From the NCBI GenBank assembly GCA_963799845.1, contig CAWCYI010000004.1, forward strand, positions 1,184,001 through 1,248,000: a stretch of 64,000 nucleotides of DNA, given 5' to 3'. The stretch is from an uncultured Nitrososphaerota archaeon (GTDB lineage Archaea > Thermoproteota > Nitrososphaeria > Nitrososphaerales > CADDZS01). The translations under genes were made by a program, and so were the position numbers. Of this stretch, positions 41,469-49,725 are shown piece by piece; position 1 is the first letter of the stretch; the number at the start of each line of letters is the position of its first letter. The notes beneath the pieces were generated by a model. The model searched no databases. It saw nothing but the letters and a program-made list of their open reading frames with translations, and had not been told where the DNA came from.

Positions 41469-42575
41469 TTGACCTGCTCTCCTATCCGAATCGGGATTGT
41501 GGGAGCTGGAAACTGGTCTCGGAAGGCACATCTTCCATCGTATAGAAAAATCGGGGAAGCTCAGGTCGTCGCGATTTGCGATTCCAACAAGGGTCTCGCG
41601 GAAGACGCGGCTTCGGAATTCAGGATCCCGAAAGTCTACACTGATTATCGCGATCTCCTAGAAAAAGAGGACCTCGATGCGATCGACATATGTTCCTCCG
41701 CCAAAAGTCACTATGAGGTCGCTAGTGCGGCAATCCAAAGAAGAAAATCCGTGCTTTGTGAAAAACCTCTGGCCATGAACTTGAAAGAAGCAAGATCTCT
41801 TTGGGATTGCGCAAATAGGGCAAAAGTGAAAACGAAGATGGGTTTTACGTTCAGGTACAGCCCTGCACTGAGAAGAATGAAGGAGCTTATTGATGAGGAT
41901 TTTACCGGCGAGCCTTACCTGGTCAATGGGTTCGAGCAAAATTCACAGTTTATCAAACCGACGACGCCGTTTCGGTGGAACCCGAATGAAAATTCGTCTG
42001 ACATCTTTCCCGGTTCACTCGAAGAGTACGCACCACACCTGATTGATATCGCTCTCTGGTTTCTCGGTGATATGGCTAAAGTGGTCGGAAACATGAAAAA
42101 TTTCGTCTCCCAGCGCTTGATTAGAGATCTGGGAAGGGTAATGCCAATCAACATCGAGGACGCGTCAATATGGCTCGCCGAGTTCAAGAACGGGGCTATG
42201 GGGACTTTGCAATCGAGCTTCGTGGCGGTTGGAAACTATCCCGGAGTCGAGATTCGTGTTTTTGGCTCCAAAGGCGCTATTATCGCGCGATTGGTGGAGG
42301 AGGGAGGAGTCAGCGAGAGCTTGAAAACTGCGACTCAAGACCAGTCAGAATTTAGAGAAATCGAGATACCTTCCCGACTCTACGGCGCGGGAGGGAAAAA
42401 CGAATCTTGGGTCGAACTGTATTTTCACAACTTGGTACAAGCTTTTGTTTCGGATTTACTTGCAGACCAGGAACCCGAAGCTAATTTCTTGGCTGGAGTA
42501 AAAGCGCAAGAAGTCGAGGACGCGGTCTATCTCTCGCATCGTGAAAGAAGATGGATAGATTTGCCGTTGCCCTAA
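41469..42575 (+). CDS. Gfo/Idh/MocA family oxidoreductase (paralog of 17109)
   Basis: GIVGAG, CEKP, GFTFRYSP, NGFEQNSQ, SFVAVGNYPG. Confidence 0.9.
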   Translation: MTCSPIRIGIVGAGNWSRKAHLPSYRKIGEAQVVAICDSNKGLAEDAASEFRIPKVYTDYRDLLEKEDLDAIDICSSAKSHYEVASAAIQRRKSVLCEKPLAMNLKEARSLWDCANRAKVKTKMGFTFRYSPALRRMKELIDEDFTGEPYLVNGFEQNSQFIKPTTPFRWNPNENSSDIFPGSLEEYAPHLIDIALWFLGDMAKVVGNMKNFVSQRLIRDLGRVMPINIEDASIWLAEFKNGAMGTLQSSFVAVGNYPGVEIRVFGSKGAIIARLVEEGGVSESLKTATQDQSEFREIEIPSRLYGAGGKNESWVELYFHNLVQAFVSDLLADQEPEANFLAGVKAQEVEDAVYLSHRERRWIDLPLP

Positions 42576-42839
42576 TTCTGTGTTCATCGATTCTGAATAG
42601 AAGTTTCGACCTGATCAGTTCAATCGTTTGGTAATGTAGATGGTTCGAGACTCCCTCTGTCTAACAATCTAATTAGTCAACTTTTCATGTTCCTTCTACC
42701 TTAATTGTTGACTCCCAGGTATACTGGCCAATATCTGAATTCGACGCTGCCTCGTAACTCCAGCGTCCATTTCGGTTGGGTTTCCTGTTTCTTTGTGTGT
42801 ATTCTAATCCGTTAGGGGTAATTCCTAAAGACGTCGGTT

Positions 42840-43130
42840 ATGACCGAATTGGGCATGACCTTGTACATGGTGATCGAGAACTTCAGGAAAGGTGATCCTG
42901 TGCCCGTCTACCGACGTTTCCGAGAGCAAGGACGGTTGACCCCAGAGGGGCTGACATACGTGTCCAGTTGGGTCGATCTCAAACTTGAGCGCTGTTACCA
43001 AGTCATGGAATCGGAAGACCGGGCGCTTCTGGATCAATGGATCGCGAATTGGAGCGACATCATTGACTTTGAGGTGCATCCGGTCATCAGCTCGAAAGAG
43101 GCAGCCGAGAGAGTCTATCTTCGGATGTGA
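42840..43130 (+). CDS. DUF3303-like protein
   Basis: LYMVIENF...PVYRRFREQGR..P.GL.YV.SW...RCYQVME...W...W.D..DFEV.PV. Confidence 0.8.
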   Translation: MTELGMTLYMVIENFRKGDPVPVYRRFREQGRLTPEGLTYVSSWVDLKLERCYQVMESEDRALLDQWIANWSDIIDFEVHPVISSKEAAERVYLRM

Positions 43131-43154
43131 AGTGGCAGAACCGTCTAATCGATG

Positions 43155-43320
43155 TCATTTTTCATTACCCCAGTCGAACAAGTCCGTAGACATGTAGCGC
43201 TCGCCTGTATCGGCAAGAAGCACAACAATCAGCTTTGCAAAGAATCCTTGCGTGAAGCCACAGAAAGCGTAGCACGAAGCGTCGCCTGAAGAAGCACCCG
43301 CCAAGATTCCTCCTCCATAG
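43155..43320 (-). pseudogene. cysK: C-terminal remnant of cysteine synthase
   Basis: GILAGASSG and IVVLLADTGERYMSTDLF match the CysK C-terminus. The N-terminal PLP-Lys region is absent. Confidence 0.7.
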
Positions 43321-43431
43321 TGACTCGTTGGGCAACACTCGAATGCCGCTTCGTCTGTCATGCATGATAAATTTCCTAATCAAATAGGCTCTTATCAGGT
43401 AGCAACCGACAATCTTGTGGTAGAAATCGCT

Positions 43432-44271
43432 TTGAGCGAAGATTTGACATGCCTGCATAAGATCCTGAAAGACAGCACACGGACGAGGATTCTGGAGGTT
43501 CTAGAACAGAAGGCACCGCTGACTTACCGGGAACTGCTTGAGCAATCAGGAATCACCAACACTGGAAGGCTAAACTATCATCTCAAGGTCTTGGGCGATC
43601 TAGTATCGAAGGATGGGCAGACAGGAAAGTACAGCCTAAGCGAGAAGGGAAGACTTGCTATCGATTTTCTAGGCAAGTTTCGGATGGCCTCGATAGGTGC
43701 TTCCCGCCAGCAACAGCAGTTGAAAATACCAAGGACTCCGTTCGAGAGAAGCGGCAAGGTTTTACAAGTTCTGTTGGGATTGGAAATCGTTCTAGTACTC
43801 CTCATCAACTTGTATGCCTACTTCACTCTTCCCTCAGTTATCCCTCTTCATTATGAGTTCAATGGTCAAATTCTTGCATCCGGACCAGACTACATCTTCG
43901 TGCTCTTCGCGGGCGTGTTCAACATCCCTCAGGTCATCTTTCTACTTCTTTCTCGAATGCGGTATTCGCTTGTAGACTCTCCGTTTAGCGCGATCAACTT
44001 TCCGTCATTTCAATTGCACCTTCCGAAGATCAACTACGAGAGAAGAGGCTACTGGGTTAACAAGTACTTCTCGCCGATTCTAGCTCTTGGGACGGTGGTT
44101 GGATTGATGATGATCGTCCTTAGTTTAGGAATTTATGAAAGCACGCTTTCCTCCCAATTTCTCCCGCCGGTGTACGTTATTGGAACGGTAGCTGTTGTCG
44201 CAGCGGCCGTCATTGCGCTGGTCGTCTACATGCGCAGTTATTTGAAAGGACTCGCAACAGACTCGGGTTGA
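43432..44271 (+). CDS. ArsR-type wHTH fused to DUF1648/SdpI-like membrane domain
   Basis: LKDSTRTRIL, TGRLNYHLKVLGDL, YSLSEKG; LPSVIPLHYEFNG; four TM segments. Confidence 0.75.
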   Translation: MSEDLTCLHKILKDSTRTRILEVLEQKAPLTYRELLEQSGITNTGRLNYHLKVLGDLVSKDGQTGKYSLSEKGRLAIDFLGKFRMASIGASRQQQQLKIPRTPFERSGKVLQVLLGLEIVLVLLINLYAYFTLPSVIPLHYEFNGQILASGPDYIFVLFAGVFNIPQVIFLLLSRMRYSLVDSPFSAINFPSFQLHLPKINYERRGYWVNKYFSPILALGTVVGLMMIVLSLGIYESTLSSQFLPPVYVIGTVAVVAAAVIALVVYMRSYLKGLATDSG

Positions 44272-44313
44272 AGATTATCGGTTCTACTATAGCAATAATA
44301 GCAAAGCTAGGGT

Positions 44314-45219
44314 GTGAAAAAGCCTTTGCTGCCTACAACGACTTCATCTCAAAGTAGCCAAGTTGGGAATAACCAACATTACTGGCTGTTTTTCTTGTTC
44401 CTGATTATAGGTACCGCGATCATCGCCGTAGAACTGTTGTCTCAAAGTAACGGAGCTGCGGGCATAGTAAGTGAGACGATAGTTGTCGGCGTACTTCTCG
44501 CCTCATCGATCTCCATGAAAAGGAGTTTGCGCTTTGAGAGATACTGGTCCGCATTCTTCGCGTTTTTTGTCTCCGCAACTGTAGTTCTGTTAAGAACGCT
44601 TGCTTTAACTGGCGTGGCTTCGTACTATGGCGGATCAACATCGTCTTTTTCCGCTCAAGCTTTGATTGCGATAAGCGTCTTCCTTGTTACCGTTCTGCCC
44701 ATAATAATATTGACAAAAGCTTCAGGGGCGAGTTTAGCGTCTATCTTTCTCAAAAAGGGCGACCTTCAATTGGGTCTTGGTGTAGGCGTTCCTACACTAG
44801 TCATGCTATTCTTTGGAATCCTTATTGGATTCCAGCTTCTTTATGGCAACTCACACGGCATTCAATTTTCTACGCTACTCTCTGCCAGCCCCTTGGTATT
44901 GATTGCAGCGGCCCTAAACGCATCCAACGAAGAATTGTGGTTTCGGGGTCTCTTTTTGAAAAAATTCGAGCCATTTTTCGGCATGAAGATGTCCAACCTG
45001 TTGCAAGCTCCGGTATTCATGCTCGCCCACGTGGAGATGCAGTACTCCCAGTTCGGAGATAGTTTTCTAATTTTATTTCTAGTACTCGTTTTCATCGCGG
45101 GGCTGGGATTTGGATATTTTATGCAGAAATCAGAGAGCATAATCGGCCCAACTCTTGCTCACATAGGAGCTGATGTTGGAATCTATCTTCCGTTATTGTT
45201 GAGCCTGCTTCCTGTGTGA
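44314..45219 (+). CDS. CPBP/Abi (CAAX type II) intramembrane metalloprotease
   Basis: EELWFRG, FMLAH, H...D; multiple TMs. Confidence 0.88.
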   Translation: MKKPLLPTTTSSQSSQVGNNQHYWLFFLFLIIGTAIIAVELLSQSNGAAGIVSETIVVGVLLASSISMKRSLRFERYWSAFFAFFVSATVVLLRTLALTGVASYYGGSTSSFSAQALIAISVFLVTVLPIIILTKASGASLASIFLKKGDLQLGLGVGVPTLVMLFFGILIGFQLLYGNSHGIQFSTLLSASPLVLIAAALNASNEELWFRGLFLKKFEPFFGMKMSNLLQAPVFMLAHVEMQYSQFGDSFLILFLVLVFIAGLGFGYFMQKSESIIGPTLAHIGADVGIYLPLLLSLLPV

Positions 45220-45227
45220 CCATCCCA

Positions 45228-45930
45228 TTAAACTTCCGCGGGTTTCATTCGCAGATAAGGTCCCACAGCCTGGAGCACCTTGTTCTCGGCCTTGCGCAAA
45301 TGATCAACAAAGCTGGTTCGCGGGACTCCCATCAGTCCTGCGATCTCCCCGGCTGTCGCGGTTCTTGGCAATCTGTAATACCCATTGTCCAGAGCCGTCA
45401 TCAGAGGCTCTTGTCTGCTTCTGGGTCAGACCGCCGAAGAGAGAGGCAGTGGAAAGGAGGAAGGTATCTCTTACAGATTCGTCCGAGATCGATCGTCTTG
45501 AGATAATTTCCACCTTGCAGTACTCGTCAAGGTCCTTGAAGAGATTTTTCAGGTCTCGCTCTGAGAATGCGATGACTCGGTACCACTCCCACCCTTCAGA
45601 GTATACTGCGGGTTGAATCTCAAGGCAGTTTCTTTTTTCAATTGCGGGAAGTGTTGGAGGTGGAATTTTGTCGCAGGCGCAGTGCATCAAGACTACCTGA
45701 AGACTTGACTTTGCGAAAGATCTGCGGATGATCTTCGCTCCCAAGGATTTCGTCAGATTATGGATGTCAAGCGTGACCTTCGAATCGTACTGCAAGTCCC
45801 TATGGCCGATTTCGAGGACATCCTTGCTCCAGTTGCACCAGTGCGATATGATAACGGATGGGTGTGCTTTGGAAAATTCGTTGTACGGACAATCGTGCTG
45901 GAGCTTGAATGCAACCTCGTAATGCGTCAT
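45228..45930 (-). CDS. HTH-10 (bacterio-opsin activator-type) transcriptional regulator (frameshift ~45404)
   Basis: HDCPY N-domain; LTQKQ..A/LMTALDNGYYRLPRTATAGEIAGLMGVPRTSFVDHLRKAENK after removing one base; stop 45228-45230. Confidence 0.85.
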
Positions 45931-45965
45931 GGATTAGTTGGATTAATCTGCGGATAAATTGCTAT

Positions 45966-45983
45966 AGCCGTAATTTGACGGCT
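45966..45983. promoter_or_regulatory. Candidate operator palindrome AGCCGT-N6-ACGGCT
   Basis: Perfect 6-bp inverted repeat 36 nt upstream of the HTH-10 gene, between AT-rich TATA-like tracts. Confidence 0.4.
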
Positions 45984-46159
45984 GCTTCATAAAAACGAGA
46001 CCAGTGAAAACAAGTGGGACTCCCTGGCCAGAATTTTTTGTATATGTTCCCCATAGACGCGTTCTATTTCTTTTCAGGCTATTTGGGACTGATCTGGACC
46101 GGAAGAAACCGGAATCTCATAGATATTACCCCGTCGTTCTGAAATCAGTCTGAAAAATC

Positions 46160-46477
46160 TTACGCCAAGGCAGTTTCAAGTTCCTTGTCGTATTCCATCC
46201 TTGAGATCACGAGACATTTGTGCCGAATTGTGTGGATGGGGCAGAGGAAAGAACCGCACGCACAATAAAATGACGCTATTTCCTTTGAAGAAAGTTCTTC
46301 GGCGAGACACACGAGGCAATAAATCGTTTTCCCGATAACTTTTATCGACTGTCTAACTTTCTTTGAAGGCTCGGCATAATCGAGCTGCTCATCGTTCCTT
46401 TCCGTGTCGTTTCCCTTTTCGTTCTTATTGCCGTCTATCGAGTAAAAAGAAATTATGAGTTTTAGAGACGTATTCAA
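46160..46477 (-). CDS. Small Zn-finger protein (AN1/B-box-like)
   Basis: C-x2-C-x14-C-x-C-x4-C-x2-H-x3-H-x-C. Start uncertain. Confidence 0.6.
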   Translation of the reverse strand: MNTSLKLIISFYSIDGNKNEKGNDTERNDEQLDYAEPSKKVRQSIKVIGKTIYCLVCLAEELSSKEIASFYCACGSFLCPIHTIRHKCLVISRMEYDKELETALA

Positions 46478-46669
46478 GTTAGGATATTAGAGCACCTTTA
46501 TTGAAAGCTGGAGCTCGGCTTCATTGCTTGAATCATTAACACTCGTCACTGGTTCGGTTCATCTAGCAACAATTATTTGGAATTCTTAGCTCAAGTAATT
46601 CAACAATCACAATAATTCCATCGAAATACGTATTAACAAGCCTCACGTTTCCAGCAATCACGAATCTAA

Positions 46670-47002
46670 ATGACAACATACTTCGGAATATGGAAATTCA
46701 ACACAACCATTCAGCCGCCACAAGATCCAAGGGTTCTACTACAACAGAACTTGACCTTTCAAGCGATGTTGAAGCATGACCTTGAGTCGGGGGACATTAA
46801 AGAGGTGCATACTTTTCTTGAAGGAAATTCCGGCTACTTCATTTCCGGCGATATCACTGAAGAGCAGCTTCACAAGGATCTGCTACAGTGGTCACCGTAC
46901 ATCACCTTCGAACTTCACAGGACAGTACCGGGCCTCAAATCTGTTGAAGCACTCGTCGCCGTTGCTAGAGAACGCGTTGCACTGATGACAGTACCAGCAT
47001 AA
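46670..47002 (+). CDS. Hypothetical protein (DUF3303-like dimeric alpha/beta barrel)
   Basis: YF.IW...DL.SG.IKE.H.F..G..GY...L.W.PYI.FE pattern; followed by a terminator-like hairpin. Confidence 0.65.
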   Translation: MTTYFGIWKFNTTIQPPQDPRVLLQQNLTFQAMLKHDLESGDIKEVHTFLEGNSGYFISGDITEEQLHKDLLQWSPYITFELHRTVPGLKSVEALVAVARERVALMTVPA

Positions 47003-47013
47003 GATCCGACAAT

Positions 47014-47060
47014 AGAAGTGGTCGTCGTGCACCACTTCTTCACTTTCTTTTTGATTTTCC
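47014..47060 (+). terminator. Hairpin plus T-rich terminator
   Basis: Perfect 9-bp stem AGAAGTGGT-N8-ACCACTTCT, then TCACTTTCTTTTTGATTTT, 12 nt after the stop. Confidence 0.6.
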
Positions 47061-47143
47061 TCAGGGATTGTTTCGATTAGCTTCTTTGAAACGCAAGACC
47101 GGGGCATAGAGATTCTTTTTCAGAATGCTTCGATTCGAAGAGC

Positions 47144-48397
47144 GTGGACGAAATATCTATTTTCTCGAAGCGTCGTAAATGGTCAACGGCCGTTCTCCTT
47201 TTGGGAGGCGCGCTAGTGACGTTTACTAGTGTTATTGTCGCAGCGACGTTACCCCTAATTGGTTCTGCGTTCAAGGTAAACAATTCTGAGCTTGGACTCG
47301 TTCTCGCCACATACGTAGCTGGAATTGGGTTATTCCAGATTCTAGCGGGATTCGGTGCCCTAAGATTGGGGGCACGTCAGATATACTTAATCGGACTTTT
47401 GATAATAGGAGCCGCAAGTATTCTTTCGGTTCTTTCTACCAGCGTTTTTGAGCTTGCTTTGCTTCGCTTTATTGCAGGTTCAGGAGCGGCCTTCTCCAGC
47501 GGGACTGCCTACAGCCTTCTCTCAGTATACTATCCTGAGGGTCAGAGAGGAAAATCGTTTGGACTTTTCTTTGGGATCACAAACGGATTAGGAGGACTAA
47601 TCGGCCTTCCGGCCAGTGCGGTTTTGGGCCTAGCTTACGGCTGGGCCTCACCGTTCGAGATAATAGGCACAATCATTCTTGCGACAGTCGGGCTAAGTTT
47701 CATCATTCTACCAGTTGACAAAGGAGCTAGCGAGAATCTCAATCAGCTATCAATGATTTGGTCGAGAGGTGGACTGATTCTACGCTCACGATCAATATGG
47801 GGCCTATCACTGGGACTCGCGGGCCTTGCCGTGGTAGGAGTTGCAGGCATCGACTATCTTCCCCAATACTTCAGCCAGTCCCATCCTCTCTGGGGTATAA
47901 ACACGGCCGCAGAAATAGCCGCACTGGGGATTGGATTCACGATTCCGGGCGGCATCTTGGGTGGATGGATTGGAGACAAGGGAATCGATCGGAGAATTGT
48001 TCTGATGGTCTTCAGTACGATCTTGGGATTGGGCATAATTGTCTTACCTCACCTGACACTGATATTCTTCTGGGGATTGTATGCAGTAGCGGGAATCGCA
48101 GTTGGTATTACGAACGCTGTCATGTTTTTGATCCCCTCGTATCTGAAAGAAAGTAGTGGAGAGGGCGTCACTTTGGGAATCGGTGTAATTAATACAGTTC
48201 AGTTACTAATTACGAGCGTGTTCCTTAGCATTTTTGGATTCCTCTCTGTGACAAAAGGGTACACTCTTGCCTGGACGCTGATAGGGGTGATGGCAATTGT
48301 CCTTCTTCCACTTCTTCTTTTTGTATCATCCGATGGAGCCAAACGATCTAGCAACTTACAAACGGGACAAGTGGAGTCAGGAATCTCGCCTGTCTAG
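47144..48397 (+). CDS. MFS transporter
   Basis: About 12 TM; G..A.RLGAR, LRFIAG.G, GWIGDK. Confidence 0.9.
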   Translation: MDEISIFSKRRKWSTAVLLLGGALVTFTSVIVAATLPLIGSAFKVNNSELGLVLATYVAGIGLFQILAGFGALRLGARQIYLIGLLIIGAASILSVLSTSVFELALLRFIAGSGAAFSSGTAYSLLSVYYPEGQRGKSFGLFFGITNGLGGLIGLPASAVLGLAYGWASPFEIIGTIILATVGLSFIILPVDKGASENLNQLSMIWSRGGLILRSRSIWGLSLGLAGLAVVGVAGIDYLPQYFSQSHPLWGINTAAEIAALGIGFTIPGGILGGWIGDKGIDRRIVLMVFSTILGLGIIVLPHLTLIFFWGLYAVAGIAVGITNAVMFLIPSYLKESSGEGVTLGIGVINTVQLLITSVFLSIFGFLSVTKGYTLAWTLIGVMAIVLLPLLLFVSSDGAKRSSNLQTGQVESGISPV

Positions 48398-48425
48398 ATG
48401 GCTGAGACTAAATTTTCGCCAATCT

Positions 48426-48776
48426 TCATAGAAGTTGGACGTGAACTATCTTTCCGTCTGCTATTCGGTATATTGCCGCTGAATGGAGTTCCGAGGGGAC
48501 TCCTTCCACATTCACTCCGGTTATCTGTTCTTCGTCGATAACGTGCTGCCCTACTACAATTCTGGTCTTTATCTCAACGTTTAGATTGGGACTTTGATCG
48601 AACAATTTACCATAGAACGGGCGCATGCCATCATGCCCTTTCATCATCTGGTTTCCAATTCCATTCAAGATCAGGACGTCCGGGACATAATAGCTCAGAA
48701 ATTTCTCAAGATCGCGATTGTTGAACGCATCCACTTGTGCTTGGACAAGTGCTTCCGGAGATTCGTTAGACGCCAT
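48426..48776 (-). CDS. SnoaL-like/NTF2-fold protein
   Basis: PEALVQAQVDAFN.RDLE.F, RIVVG..VID.E, AIY...GKI. Start MASNES at 48776. Confidence 0.85.
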   Translation of the reverse strand: MASNESPEALVQAQVDAFNNRDLEKFLSYYVPDVLILNGIGNQMMKGHDGMRPFYGKLFDQSPNLNVEIKTRIVVGQHVIDEEQITGVNVEGVPSELHSAAIYRIADGKIVHVQLL

Positions 48777-48954
48777 CGAGTTCGATGTGTCTTGATTTAC
48801 AATTGTATAAGAACGATCATCGTCTGGAGAAGCTAATGCTATTAACAGAATCAGACTGATACATGACAGCAAAGTTGCACATCTAAGAGCACTTTTAGAG
48901 CATTATGCAGAGGTGAATCTTGCCAACCAATCTTGCCAACCAATACCTCTGTTT

Positions 48955-49347
48955 TTACTGTTGTGAGATAAAATGGAGAGCCAAGTTGTGGCCTTCGTAA
49001 GCAATCGGTACGAGTATCATCGCGGTTCGCACTTGACCGCCAGATTTCGTCTTCCATGTTACTGAATTCGAAGATCCGACGTACTTCGTCATCGCGTTTT
49101 GATACGCGCTTACGAGAGTCTTCTGGCTTTCCTTCGAAACGAACGCGTCTGGAAAGTTCTTTTCCACACCAGCCCATTCAGCGGGAGAGGAATATCCTAG
49201 AAGTGAGGCAAATTTTTCATTGCAGACCTTATGCAGGTCGTCCAGGTAGATGTAGACCGATTGGTTGGAGTTCTCGAATACTGCACTTAGCTGATCGCGA
49301 ATCCCCTTGACGACTTGCTTCAAATGTTTCTCTGAGTTGCTACTCAT
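48955..49347 (-). CDS. Stand-alone PAS-domain protein
   Basis: VFENSNQSVYIY, CNEKFASLLGYS..EW, TWKTKSGG.V. Confidence 0.75.
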   Translation of the reverse strand: MSSNSEKHLKQVVKGIRDQLSAVFENSNQSVYIYLDDLHKVCNEKFASLLGYSSPAEWAGVEKNFPDAFVSKESQKTLVSAYQNAMTKYVGSSNSVTWKTKSGGQVRTAMILVPIAYEGHNLALHFISQQ

Positions 49348-49499
49348 GACTTTACTTCGGGTACGGCGAAATTAACAACTTGTTATAACCCTTCCTGCCT
49401 TTTGATTGCCCTGATCCTAAGATAGACTTCTTGCGAAAAATTGGTTTCAGATAAGCTTTTTCTGAATCCCCAGCGGGCATGAAAATCTTAGATTAGCCT

Positions 49500-49690
49500 C
49501 TCCCCTCCAGCAAGAGACAGCTGGAGTTGTGTTCATGGATCCCCGCAGCCTTCGAATCTCTTGTGCCTTGTGCATGTTCCCCAGCATGGCTGCACAGTCA
49601 TCGTCACAATTGACGATGATCGAAACGACCGGCCCGCTTGTCCATAATGGACGTACGGGAGATTGTCGGTCTGGGATCCATGACGCAAAC
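49500..49690 (+). ncRNA. Candidate bridge/seek RNA of the IS110 element
   Basis: Stems read by eye: 49505-11/49520-26 (7 bp); 49533-43/49673-83 (11 bp perfect); 49545-50/49588-93; 49598-606/49611-19 (9 bp); 49627-32/49666-71; 49640-44/49648-52. Loop segment TCCCCAGC (49578-85) equals the left flank 49467-74. Confidence 0.7.
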
Positions 49691-49725
49691 AACCAGTCAA
49701 ACAATAGGAGTATGAATCGAAACCA

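Noticed and set aside
42600-42830. Possible minus-strand gene remnant (..GRWSYEAAS..YTWESTIKVEGT*)
   Set aside because: No recognisable motif or convincing start; cannot be supported.
44314-45219. Abortive-infection defence gene (Abi name)
   Set aside because: The CPBP/Abi family is an intramembrane protease family; the name is historical and there is no defence context.
49627-49671. Antisense reading of the IS110 RNA, with CCCGCT / CGGGAGA as target guides
   Set aside because: The matches are short and mostly the shared CGGG core. G-U pairs and the 8-nt arm-1 match favour the sense strand. Not excluded without RNA data.
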